This document shows positions 1 through 11,101 of a DNA stretch of 24,000 nt, piece after piece (position 1 is the stretch's first letter; every line of letters starts with the position of its first letter). The position numbers and the translations under genes were made by a program. The DNA lies in assembly GCA_900455085.1 (NCBI GenBank), contig UGTZ01000001.1, positions 3,804,661 through 3,828,660 of the forward strand. The letters are read 5' to 3'. The notes under the pieces are model-generated. The model searched no databases, had not been told where the DNA came from, and saw only the letters and a program-made list of their open reading frames with translations. This stretch comes from Providencia rettgeri. Lineage in GTDB: Bacteria; Pseudomonadota; Gammaproteobacteria; Enterobacterales; Enterobacteriaceae.

Positions 1-134
1 GACTCATTGCGGGGGTTTCGACTTCAAGTACACAACGATCAGTAAAAAAACGTCTGATTTCCGCAATTATTTTTGCGCGCTGTAACAGGTTAGCGATGGG
101 GGGCGGTTGGCTGCCAATTCGCTATATCACTCAT
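1..134 (-). CDS. epmA: EpmA (elongation factor P--(R)-beta-lysine ligase), N-terminal fragment running off the window edge, one apparent frameshift
   Basis: Reverse translation from ATG at 134 gives [12 protein letters not shown] / [32 protein letters not shown] after removing one C from a 6-C run (near 106-111). Matches the EpmA/GenX N-terminus. Divergent from frdA as in E. coli. Confidence 0.8.
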
Positions 135-317
135 TAAGATGACTCCAAAATAAACTTAGTCGTGCAGTGTACCCACCTCACAGGCAACACACAATGCATT
201 TACACTGATAATGCATATTTATCTGAACGTAAATACTTGCAACTGTCGGCATGATGAGTAAGTAGAGATAGCCTGAAACATGATTAATTCTTATATTATG
301 TGACATATCTGTTACTA

Positions 318-342
318 AAAAAGCGAAACGATTCGCTTTCTC
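318..342. terminator. Perfect 8-bp hairpin (AAAGCGAA-acga-TTCGCTTT)
   Basis: Inverted repeat arms 320-327 and 332-339, tetraloop 328-331. Read on the minus strand it is followed by a short T tract. Confidence 0.4.
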
Positions 343-848
343 AATCTATTTTAAAATTTTCTGTTCAAAATTAAATTTATTCTAAATAATAAATAGTGAG
401 ACTCCTCGCAAATTAGCATTCAATATGAATTAAACTCTTCAGCTATAATAATAGTATTAATCACTTATTATTGATAAAACCTGAGTAATTCACTTGGTTT
501 TATACACTAAAAGTCTATGTAAATTTAATGATAATCATTTGAAATTCCTTTTTATTCGGTGTTAACAGCCTAGAAAATCCAGTAATGTAAAAACATTTAT
601 AAAAAGAAGATCTATCTCACACTTTATCGCTAAATTTGGCCAAAACACCCCTCTATATCAAATTTATCTTGAGGACTATTCGCTATAATTCACAGCATGA
701 TAAGTCATTATTAGCTATTATATTATTTACTATTAAAAAACAGATATTTCGTAGTTTAGCTTTAAGTTGAACTGAAAATGACGTAGCTAATTATCAAAAG
801 TATTTAAAAGAATTTATCAATTTTACACTTGAACAATGGAGAAGCGCA

Positions 849-2646
849 GTGCAAACCTTCAATGCCGATTTAGCGATTATCGGGGCCGGGGGCGCAGGCT
901 TACGTGCAGCAATTGCTGCCGCTGAAGCAAATCCCAATATCAAGATTGCTCTGGTCTCAAAAGTATACCCAATGCGTAGTCACACTGTGGCCGCAGAGGG
1001 GGGATCAGCAGCAGTTACTCAGGCTCATGACTCCTATGACTATCATTTTAATGATACTGTAGCTGGGTGGGGACTGGCTGTGTGAGCAAGATGTTGTCGA
1101 CTATTTTGTCGAACACTGCCCAACAGAAATGACCCAACTAGAGCTATGGGGCTGCCCGTGGAGCCGTAAACCAGATGGTTCAGTTAACGTTCGCCGTTTT
1201 GGTGGAATGAAAATTGAGCGTACGTGGTTTGCTGCTGATAAAACTGGCTTCCACATGCTCCATACCCTGTTCCAAACTTCATTAAAATATCCACAAATTC
1301 AACGTTTTGACGAACATTTTGTTCTCGATATCATTGTTGATGAAGGCCAAGTCCGTGGTCTTGTCGCGTTAAATATGATGGAAGGAACAAAAGTCCAGAT
1401 CCGTGCTAATGCCATCGTGATGGCAACTGGCGGTGCTGGACGCGTTTATCGCTACAATACCAATGGCGGTATTGTAACCGGTGATGGTATGGGTATCGCA
1501 TTCCGCCATGGCGTGCCGCTGCGTGATATGGAATTTGTTCAATATCACCCAACTGGGTTACCGGGTTCAGGTATCTTAATGACCGAAGGTTGTCGTGGTG
1601 AGGGCGGGATCCTTGTCAATAAAGACGGCTATCGCTATCTGCAAGACTACGGAATGGGGCCTGAAACTCCACTGGGTAAACCTGAAAATAAATATATGGA
1701 ACTGGGTCCACGTGACAAAGTTTCCCAAGCGTTCTGGCACGAATGGCGTGCAGGCCGTACGATCAGCACTCATCGTGGTGATGTCGTCTATCTGGATCTA
1801 CGTCACCTTGGCGCAGAAAAACTGCATGAGCGTTTACCATTTATTTGTGAATTGGCGAAAGCCTACGTAGGTGTTGACCCAGTAACAGACCCAATTCCTG
1901 TTCGCCCAACCGCTCACTACACCATGGGTGGTATCGAAACGGATCAACGCACAGAAACACGCATCAAAGGCCTATTTGCTGTCGGTGAGTGTTCTTCTGT
2001 TGGCTTGCACGGTGCAAACCGTTTAGGTTCTAACTCATTAGCTGAATTAGTTGTATTTGGTCGTCTGGCAGGTGAAGAAGCCGCTCGCCATGCTGCTGAA
2101 GCAACACCAGCCAATGCAAATGCTATCGAAGCCCGTACTCGTGATATCGAAGCTGACCTCAGCAAACTCATGAACCAAAAAGGGAAAGAGAGCTGGTCGA
2201 AGATCCGCGACGAAATGGGTATTTCAATGGAAGAAGGCTGCGGTATCTACCGTACCCCTGAATTAATGCAAAAAACCGTTGATAAAATTGCTGAGCTGAA
2301 AGAACGCTTCAAACACGTCGAAATTACCGACCATAGCAGCGTATTTAATACTGACCTACTGTACACCATTGAATTAGGCTTTGGCCTTGATGTGGCGGAA
2401 TGTATGGCTCACTCTGCAATCAACCGTAAAGAATCACGTGGTGCACACCAACGTCTCGATGAAGGCTGTACTGAGCGTGATGATGTTAATTTCCTTAAAC
2501 ATACTTTGGCATTCTATAACCCAGAGGGCTCCCCTCGTTTAGAATACAGTGACGTGAAAATCACGAAATCTCAGCCAGCTAAACGTGTTTACGGTGCCGA
2601 AGCTGAAGCTCAAGATAAGGCGAAGAAGGAGCAAGCTAATGGATGA
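849..2646 (+). CDS. frdA: Fumarate reductase flavoprotein subunit FrdA, one +1 frameshift near 1065-1067
   Basis: ORFs 849-1085 and 1129-2646 together match FrdA along its length. Reading GCT GGT GGG GAC TGG CTG TGT GAG CAA restores ...[33 protein letters not shown].... Confidence 0.95.
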
Positions 2647-3374
2647 TATGAAACACCTAAAAATGGAGATCATGCGTTACAATCCGGAAACGGATAGTGA
2701 GCCCCATTTGGTGACGTATGATGTCCCTTACGACGAGCAAACTTCTTTGTTAGATGCGTTAGGCTATATCAAAGATAACCTCGCTCCAGACCTGTCTTAC
2801 CGTTGGTCTTGTCGTATGGCGATTTGTGGTTCTTGCGGCATGATGGTGGATAAAGTACCTAAACTGGCGTGTAAAACATTCCTGCGTGAATACCCGCAAG
2901 GTATGAAAGTTGAGCCATTAGGTAACTTCCCAATCGAGCGCGACCTTGTTGTTGATATGACTCACTTTATTGAGCGTTTAGAAGCGATCAAACCGTATAT
3001 TATCGGTAATGACCGTAAACCTTCTGAAGGCCCAAATAAGCAAACGCCTGCACAGATGGCCAAATACCATCAATTTTTCAGGCTGTATCAACTGTGGTCT
3101 GTGCTATGCAGCTTGCCCACAATTTGGACTGAACCCAGAGTTCATCGGCCCAGCCGCGATCACATTGGCAGAGCGCTACAATTTAGATAACCGAGACCAT
3201 GGTGCGAAAGAACGCATGACCTTGTTAAACGGTGACAATGGTGTCTGGAGCTGTACGTTTGTAGGCTACTGTTCTGAAGTCTGTCCTAAGCATGTCGACC
3301 CTGCTGGTGCTATTCAGCAAGGGAAAGTTGCCAGCGCGCAAGACTTTGTTATCGCCATGCTGAAGCCACGATAA
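2639..3374 (+). CDS. frdB: Fumarate reductase iron-sulfur subunit FrdB, one +1 frameshift in the T run 3074-3078
   Basis: [23 protein letters not shown]... then [28 protein letters not shown]... after removing one T. Cys-rich Fe-S motifs present. Start overlaps the frdA stop. Confidence 0.95.
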
Positions 3375-3388
3375 GGAGAATTGAAGTC

Positions 3389-3783
3389 ATGACTACGAAA
3401 CGTAAACCCTATGTCAGAGAAATGAAGGGCGACTGGTGGCAAAAGCTGGGTTTTTACCGCTTTTACATCATGCGTGAAAGTACCTCCGTCCTTCAGGTCT
3501 GGTTCAGTATTTTAGTCCTGTATGGGGTATTTGCGCTGAAAAGCGGTCCAGAATCATGGGCTGGCTTTGTTGGGTTCTTAAGTAACCCAATCATTCTTAT
3601 CATTAACATTATTACATTGGCTGCGACATTGCTGCATACCACGACGTGGTTCAACCTTGCGCCAAAAGCCGTCAGTATTATTGTGAAAGATAAGAAAATG
3701 TCTGATGAGCCTATCGTTAAAGGCTTCTGGGCTCTCACGATTGTTGTTACGCGGCAATCTTAGCAATCGCATTGTTATTTTAA
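3389..3783 (+). CDS. frdC: Fumarate reductase membrane subunit FrdC, one -1 frameshift near 3750
   Basis: [31 protein letters not shown]... matches FrdC. Restoring one G gives ...[13 protein letters not shown] and a stop at 3781-3783. Confidence 0.93.
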
Positions 3784-3798
3784 TCTAAGGAGAATCTG

Positions 3799-4152
3799 AT
3801 GAATCTAACGCCTAAACGTTCCGATGAGCCGATTTTCTGGGGGTTATTTGGTGCAGGTGGTATGTGGAGTGCTGTAATTGGCCCTGCAATCATCATTCTG
3901 TTAGGAATTTTAATTCCTCTCGGTGTGGCACCAGAAATGCTGAGCTATGAGCGCATTATGGCATTTAGCCAAAGCTTTATCGGCCGCGTTTTCTTATTAC
4001 TGATGATTATTTTGCCAGTTTGGTGTGGTATGCACCGTATCCACCATACGCTGCACGACTTTAAAATCCATGTCCCTGCGACAAAATGGGTTTTCTACGG
4101 TGGCTCAGCAATCATTAGTGTAATTGCAATTATTGGTGTATTTACTCTGTAA
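3799..4152 (+). CDS. frdD: Fumarate reductase membrane subunit FrdD
   Basis: Intact 117-aa [39 protein letters not shown]..., directly after frdC. Confidence 0.96.
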   Translation: MNLTPKRSDEPIFWGLFGAGGMWSAVIGPAIIILLGILIPLGVAPEMLSYERIMAFSQSFIGRVFLLLMIILPVWCGMHRIHHTLHDFKIHVPATKWVFYGGSAIISVIAIIGVFTL

Positions 4153-4179
4153 ATAATGCAATCACCACATTATTTTAAT

Positions 4180-4216
4180 AAAAGGTATGACAGCACATTG
4201 TCATACCTTTTCTTTT

Positions 4217-4217
<1 letters not shown>
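4180..4217 (+). terminator. Rho-independent terminator of the frd operon
   Basis: AAAGGTATGACA-gcacat-TGTCATACCTTT followed by TCTTTTTT. Confidence 0.85.
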
Positions 4218-4837
<620 letters not shown>

Positions 4838-4840
4838 CTA

Positions 4841-4870
4841 TTGACACTCTATCACTGATAGGGATACATT
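4841..4870 (+). promoter_or_regulatory. Probable tetA promoter (TTGACA 4841-4846, TACATT 4865-4870) overlapping a tet operator
   Basis: Consensus -35, 18-bp spacer, -10-like hexamer, with the operator inside the spacer. Confidence 0.6.
4846..4864. promoter_or_regulatory. tet operator 1
   Basis: ACTCTATCACTGATAGGGA closely matches canonical tetO (TCTATCANTGATAGA-type palindrome). Confidence 0.88.
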
Positions 4871-4873
4871 CCA

Positions 4874-4892
4874 AATCTATCAATGATAGAGA
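4874..4892. promoter_or_regulatory. tet operator 2
   Basis: AATCTATCAATGATAGAGA contains the palindrome TCTATCAATGATAGA, immediately upstream of the tetA ATG at 4901. Confidence 0.9.
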
Positions 4893-4900
4893 AATGAATA

Positions 4901-6097
4901 ATGAATAAATTTGCGATCACTGCATTAACGATCACCGCCCTTGATGCTATGGGGATCGGTTTGATCATGCCTGTTTTACCAGCCTTACTCCGTGAGTATG
5001 TGACGCTAGAAAACTTGGCAAATCATTACGGTATCTTGCTGGCTTTGTACTCCATCATGCAGGTATTTTTTGCCCCAATACTGGGCAGATGGTCTGATAA
5101 ATTCGGTCGCAAGCCTATTTTGTTGATCTCCCTTGCAGGAGCCGTACTGGACTACAGTTTATTGACTTTATCGAGCTCACTTTGGATGCTGTATTTAGGC
5201 CGTTTAATTTCAGGGATCACTGGCGCAACAGGCGCCGTAGCGGCTTCTGTTATTGCCGACAACACTGCCCCCACAAGAACGCACTAAATGGTTTGGGCGA
5301 TTAGGCGCAGCATTTGGCGTGGGGTTAATCGCCGGCCCTGCGATTGGGGGCTTTGCAGGGCAATTTTCCCCACATTTACCTTTTGTTATTGCGGCTATTT
5401 TGAATGCGTGCTCTTTTGTCGTGATCTGGCTTATTTTTAAAAATAAAAATGCCATACAGAATGATCAAAATGAAACTGTAGAGCTGTCAGTTCCCTTCAT
5501 ACAGCTGATAAAACCCGTTATTTTGCTACTTTTTGTCTTTTTTATGGCACAGTTAATTGGTCAGATCCCTGCAACAACCTGGGTGCTATTTACCGAAAAT
5601 CGCTTCCAATGGAATAGTGTGCAAGTTGGTTATCTTTGGCGGGCTTAGGCGTTATGCATGCCCTATTCCAAGCTTTTATTGCTGGAGCCATTGACAAAAA
5701 ATTCAATGAAAAGGTAACAATCATTGTCGGCTTTGTCGCAGACGGAAGCGCATTTATTATTTTGTCATTACTCACCGAAGGTTGGATGATTTACCCTACA
5801 TTAATCTTACTCGCCGGTGGTAGTATTGCATTACCAGCACTACAAGGGTTAATGTCAGCTCAAGTTAATCAAGCTAACCAAGGTAAATTACAAGGGATTT
5901 TAGTCAGTTTAACCAATGCCACAGGGGTTATTGGCCCATTATTATTTAGCTTTATTTTTGGCCTTACACTGGCAAATTGGGACGGCTGGGTGTGGCTAAT
6001 TGGCGCGATAATGTATATTTTCTTGATCGTATTTATTTTATCTTTTTATAGAAGTAGCAGACAGATAGTTAAAATAGTGACACGACCAGCAAGCTAA
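4901..6097 (+). CDS. tetA: Tetracycline efflux MFS transporter TetA, class D-like, two apparent frameshifts
   Basis: MNKFAITALTITALDAMGIGLIMPVLPALLREYVTLENLANHYGILLALY..., GRLISGITGATGAVAASVIADNT, QLIGQIPATTWVLFTENRF, LAGGSIALPALQGLMS. Three overlapping ORFs join after correcting a C run (5268-5272) and a missing T (about 5634). Confidence 0.92.
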
Positions 6098-6175
6098 ATT
6101 TTAGCATATGAATATTAAATGCTATGATATCCCTATCAGATTTGCTTTTGGTACATGACGTTAAGAGATATTTCA

Positions 6176-6757
6176 ATGACAATACAGCCTAAAAACCAAG
6201 AACAAAACCTGCGGAAGAAAGGCTTGATGACTTAATGAACGCAGCAGAAAACCTTTTTCTTTCCAAAGGTTTTGTCAATACTACGGTTAGCGAAATTGTC
6301 TTATCTGCGGATGTTGCAAAAGGGACCTTTTATCACTACTTCCAGTCAAAAAATGACATTATGGAAGCCTTACGCTCTCGCTATATGGATTGGTATCTAA
6401 GCCACATTCAATCTGCTTTAGATTCGCAAAAAAGTGCATCTGCCAAACTCAAATCATGGTGTGAAAATAGCATTAAATACTATGTTTGAAAAACAAAATA
6501 TTCACGACATGCTATTTCATGACGAATACCACGGACGCAGTAATGATCATGAAACTCGTGCAGTTGAACAGATTAAAGCTATTTTAGCTTTTGGTGAGAA
6601 AAACAAAGCATGGCCAGAATTGCCACATGAATTGATGGCGACAATGATTTATCACTCCATGCATGCTGCTGTTGATAATTTAGCCAATAGTACTGAGTAT
6701 GATCAATATACTTTGGGTGAGATCCTATACCAGCGATTCAGCCAATTGATCAACTAA
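6176..6757 (+). CDS. TetR/AcrR-family transcriptional regulator, fragmented by two apparent frameshifts
   Basis: EERLDDLMNAAENLFLSKGFVNTTVSEIVLSADVAKGTFYHYFQSKNDIMEALRSRY is a typical TetR-family N-terminal HTH. The continuation MFEKQNIHDMLFHDEYHGR... lies in another frame. Confidence 0.8.
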
Positions 6758-6855
6758 CACATTTAATACTGGGTTTTATTTTTTCATCCGAAAAATTTTT
6801 GTATACCCAATAGGGTAGCAATCTTATTTTCTATTACTATAGCTCTATAATTTAT

Positions 6856-6890
6856 GATGATTTCCCCCCCTAACGGGGGGATTAAATCAT
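6856..6890. terminator. GC-rich hairpin with poly-C/poly-G arms, just downstream of the MFS-1 stop
   Basis: ATGATTTCCCCCCC-TAAC-GGGGGGATTAAATCAT. Little T tract follows. Confidence 0.5.
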
Positions 6891-6898
6891 GGTTAACA

Positions 6899-8086
6899 CT
6901 AAGCAGGATTTGGTTTTGGCAAACAAGCAGATACAAAGTAAAAAAGCCCACAAACCGCAATAAATAGCCCAACATAACCTAAGTTAAAGTGACTTAAATA
7001 ACTGACAATTAGAGGGGTTGATCCCACCGATAGATGCAGCTGCACTATTATAACCAACACCTAATATTGTTGCCTGTCCGTCAGATTTATCCATCAGTAC
7101 CGCTGATAAATTACACAATATCATCGCTGAGTATGCAGACATAACGACTTGAGCAAAAAAAACTAGAAGCAAATTACCTATTTGTAATAAAAAATAAAGT
7201 GGCGCTGAAAACAATACCATCCCAATAACGCCTATATCAAAAACAAATTTAGCCGAACCATACTTATCTGTTAACCAACCACATATCATCATAAAAACTA
7301 GCAATAAACCGGATGAAAATATTTCATAATAATTTTTTATCTCATCTATCTTTAATTGTTGAATAATTAGTGAGGTTGACAAACTTTGAGAGTAAAAAGT
7401 GACAGTTCCAGGAATAGTAAATAAGAACACCAAAATTACACGATACCAACTAAATATCGTTTTTTTATCTAATTCATTTTTATAATTAGGTAATTTAGCT
7501 CTAAACCAAAAACTAATTAAAATATTAATTAAACCAATTAATAATGGGATCCTCCACCCAATTGACTGCATAGTATCTTCAGATAACGAATTCTTTTAGT
7601 ATAAAAACGATAGCTAATGATGCAATGACCCCACACAAAGAACTACCAACAATAATTGACGAAACTCTAGATCGAATATTTCCATCTAAATCCTTAAATA
7701 AATATGTAATTAGAGAGGGAAATTCACCTGCGAAGCTAAAAGAAAGAGCCAATTGTAAAATTAATATCACTAATGGCGTATAGTTCCCTAATAATTCAAT
7801 GGGTAACAGTGCCATCATTAATGTTGCCGTACCGGTTATCAAGCTTGTTAATACTAGGGCTGACTTTTTTCCTACCGTATCAGCATAGCGGCCGATAACA
7901 TATCCGCCTAAAGGGCGGATTAAAAAACGTAATGCAAAGATACCCCATACCATTTCTGTCGCTTGAGAATAACCTAATTTAGTTAATTCAATACTTAAAA
8001 TAAGTAGATATAGCTGCAAAAACTGCAATATCATAGTATTCCAAAGCATTACCAGCTACAGCACCCAACCTAAATTTCCATTTCAT
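6899..8086 (-). CDS. MHS-like MFS transporter (MFS-1), fragmented by at least 3 apparent frameshifts
   Basis: Joins MKWKFRLGAVAGNALEYYDIAVFAAIST, ORF 7579-8049 (LGYSQATEMVWGIFALRFLIRPLGGYVIGRYADTVGKKSALVL...), ORF 6984-7571 and a corrected C-terminus GGITPLIVSYLSHFNLGYVGLFIAVCG...LPKPNPA. Co-linear with MFS-2 (9863-11058). Confidence 0.82.
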
Positions 8087-8137
8087 TTTTATCCCTTTTC
8101 TATTAATGACTTTCCTTGTAGAGAAATATTCTGTCCT

Positions 8138-8921
8138 TTAGGGATAACTCACCAGAGACTCCAAACAAGCAAGAGTAATACCATTTTCTTTTAAAGCCTT
8201 AAATAACCCGCTAGGTGAAGAGTAAGAGCAACCTAGTTTTTCCTTAATACGTTGAATACGCTTATTTTCTGTCGCTTCTGAACAATCTTGCATATAGCTA
8301 ATTTCCTTTACCCGACAATGTGACAATAATAATGCGGATAGTTATTATTTCTTTACGGGTAAAACGAATATTACCAAAGCGCATATAAGGGTGAATATCT
8401 AAAGGTTCAAGCTCTTGTTCACTAAGTTTGTTAATTATATTCACTGGGAATTTAATTTCTTCACGCAATGGTTAAATAGCATAATTATCTTTGTCTTTTT
8501 TCCATGATTCATATGCGAAATCTATAATCGTTGGCCTACATTTATAAAGTGATATCATATCATTTAGTGAAATTTTCTTTCTAGAATTAATGGACGTAAT
8601 TTCATATACATTTCCATACTTAGCACAAAAATCAATTTTCAATTCCCTTTTCTTGGTTTTTGCTAATGTATTTACAAAGCTTTCCGAGTAATTACTCCAG
8701 TATTGAACCCCTGGAGATAACCGTTCACTTAAACGTAAATCTAAATCAGCATTCCAATAAATAAGCAGCCATTCGTAATTGTTTGACATAATACTCACTT
8801 GCTTATTGCTAAGATCAACTCTAGTTATGGATAAATCTATATCATTCCAATTGAAATACTTTGAAAAAAGGTTTGTTAAATTAGAACAGGATTTTTCTAA
8901 TAAATTATTTTCTATATCCAT
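8138..8921 (-). CDS. LuxR-type HTH regulator A with distinct N-terminal domain; one in-frame TAA (8472-8474) and one frameshift near 8326
   Basis: ORF 8472-8921 plus ORF 8138-8326. Intervening sequence reads PLREEIKFPVNIINKLSEQELEPLDIHPYMRFGNIRFTRKEIITIR, then SHCRVKEISYMQDCSEATENKRIQRIKEKLGCSYSSPSGLFKALKENGITLACLESLVSYP. Co-linear with intact copy B. Confidence 0.75.
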
Positions 8922-9082
8922 ACACTATCCTTAATTTGATTATTTTTTAAATTATTAGATTAAAATTAATACTTTTAAAAAACAGTATACTTATTAGCAT
9001 CTGGAAGTTAATGAATTAAAGGCTCCACATCCCTACTCTCAATTAGGTTAATAATTCAATACGTTAAAATAGATATTTTAAA

Positions 9083-9847
9083 TTAAGGGTAACTTACCAG
9101 AGACTCCAGACAAGCAAGGGTAATGCCATTTTCTTTTAATGCCTGAAATAAACCGCTAGGTGAAGTATAAGAGCAACCTAATTTTTCCTTAATACGTTGA
9201 ATACGTTTATTTTCAGTCGCTTCCGAACAACCTTGGATATAACTAATTTCCTTTACCCGGCAATGTGATAATAGTAATCGGATAGTCATCATTTCTTTAC
9301 GGGTAAAACGAATATTACCAAAACGCATGTAGTGGTGAGCATCTAAAATATCTCGGTTATTATCTTCAATTTTTTGAGATAAGCTTATGTCAGCCCTAAG
9401 TGGTAAAATAATATTTTCATTATCTTTCCAGGCATGTTGGGAGTAATCAGAAATAACTGCTCTTAATTTATAGAGTTCTAATAATTCATTACTTGTAAAT
9501 TTTTTTCTTGAATTTATTGAGGTAATTTCATATATACCACCATATTGGGTACAAAAATCCACCTTCATTTCTTTCTTATCTGTTTTAGATAATGTTTTTT
9601 GGAATGCGGCAGAGTAATTATTCCAATATTGAATACCGGGGGTTAATCGTTCCTTTACTTTTTTATCTAGGTCATCATCCCAAAACATTAAAACCCACTC
9701 ATAGTGATTTGAAATAACTTTTACCACGTTATTTGTTACATCCACTCTACTGTAAGTCACATCCATATCATTCCAATCGAAATATTTTAAAAACTTATCA
9801 CCAAAACCAGAACAAGACAGTTCTAAGTGTTTATTTTCAATATTCAT
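9083..9847 (-). CDS. LuxR-type HTH regulator B (intact, 254 aa)
   Basis: Intact ORF. C-terminal IRFTRKEMMTIRLLLSHCRVKEISYIQGCSEATENKRIQRIKEKLGCS resembles a LuxR/GerE-type HTH. Starts 15 bp after the MFS-2 stop. Confidence 0.8.
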   Translation of the reverse strand: MNIENKHLELSCSGFGDKFLKYFDWNDMDVTYSRVDVTNNVVKVISNHYEWVLMFWDDDLDKKVKERLTPGIQYWNNYSAAFQKTLSKTDKKEMKVDFCTQYGGIYEITSINSRKKFTSNELLELYKLRAVISDYSQHAWKDNENIILPLRADISLSQKIEDNNRDILDAHHYMRFGNIRFTRKEMMTIRLLLSHCRVKEISYIQGCSEATENKRIQRIKEKLGCSYTSPSGLFQALKENGITLACLESLVSYP

Positions 9848-9862
9848 ACATCCCCCTTAAAT

Positions 9863-11058
9863 TTAAGCAGTTAATAACCTTTGTTTTTTATTCAATAAAA
9901 ATGACGCAAATAGCGTTAACGAGCTCAATGAAACAAAAACACCCACCAAGGAAACATCAATGAGGACTAAGTAATTGATAATTAATGGCGTTAACCCACC
10001 TATAATCGTCGATGCAAGGTTATACCCCATACTTAACGTCGTAACTTGCCCATTGGCTGGTTTTGCCATCGCATAATTCCAATTGCATAACACCATCGCT
10101 GAAATAATAATAATTGACGATTGGGAGATAAGTACTAATGATAAAACCTTAGTAGACATTAGGTAATAAATAGGAATTGATAATATCGCAGCGAGCTTTA
10201 CCCCTAAGTTAAACACCCGCTCAGAGTAATTGTATTTATCGGTTAGCCAACCAACTATTGCCATTAAAACCAATAATAACGTTGATGATATCATTGAATA
10301 TATACTTTTAAATTCTTCGAGTTCTAACTCCTTAAGTAAAAATGAAGATGAAAAATTTAAGGTATAAAAAATAACCGAACCAGGAATAACAACCAGTAAG
10401 ATATTAAATGCCTTAAGCCAATCTATTTTCTGGCGCCCATCATATTCAATTGGTTGGTCTGTTAAGCGATAGCGAAACCAGAAACAGATCAGTATATTAC
10501 CTAAACCTAATAGCAGTGGTATTCTCCATCCCACTCTTTGCATGGTTTCAGGGGGTAATATATTTTCAAGAATTAACACAATTCCTAACGAGCCAATAAC
10601 GCCAACAACCGCACTTCCAGTTAACAACGCTGAAATTCGACCTCGTTCTTGGGGTTTAGAATCTTTATATAAATAGGTAGACAGTGATGGGCTTTCACCC
10701 GCAAAACTAAAAGATAGCAACATTTGAAGAAATAGGATGGCTAAAGGTGTATATATCCCTAATAATTCAATAGGCAGAAATGCCATACACAATGTGGCAC
10801 TACCGGTAAGAATGCTGACCAAAATCATTGCCGGTTTTTTACCGACTTTATCCGCATAACGGCCAATTACATACCCCCCTAATGGCCGAATAAGAAAACG
10901 TAAAGCAAAAATCCCCCACACCAGCTCCGTTGCTTGCTGATAACCTAGGGCGGGTTAATTCTGCACTTAAATATGATGAAATTGCAGCAAAAATTGCAAC
11001 ATCATAAAATTCTAAGGTATGCCCTGCGACAGCACCCAAAACGTAATTTCCATTTCAT
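9863..11058 (-). CDS. MHS-like MFS transporter (MFS-2), N-terminal frameshift(s)
   Basis: ORF 9863-10921 plus N-terminal GAVAGHTLEFYDVAIFAAISSYLSAEL (ORF 10848-11039), start ATG at 11058 (MKWKLRF...). Contains GIFALRFLIRPLGGYVIGRYADKVGKKPAMI. Confidence 0.85.
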
Positions 11059-11101
11059 AAAATGATCCCATGTCCCTATAGAAAACCAATAGTTAAATTA
11101 A

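Noticed and set aside
1576-2171. ORFs 1576-1773 (-), 1595-1870 (+) and 1944-2171 (-) within frdA
   Set aside because: Alternative-frame ORFs inside a clear frdA coding region.
9733-9963. 76-aa plus-strand ORF across the MFS-2/LuxR-B junction, and ORF 11421-11633 (+)
   Set aside because: Antisense to better-supported family members and without recognisable features.
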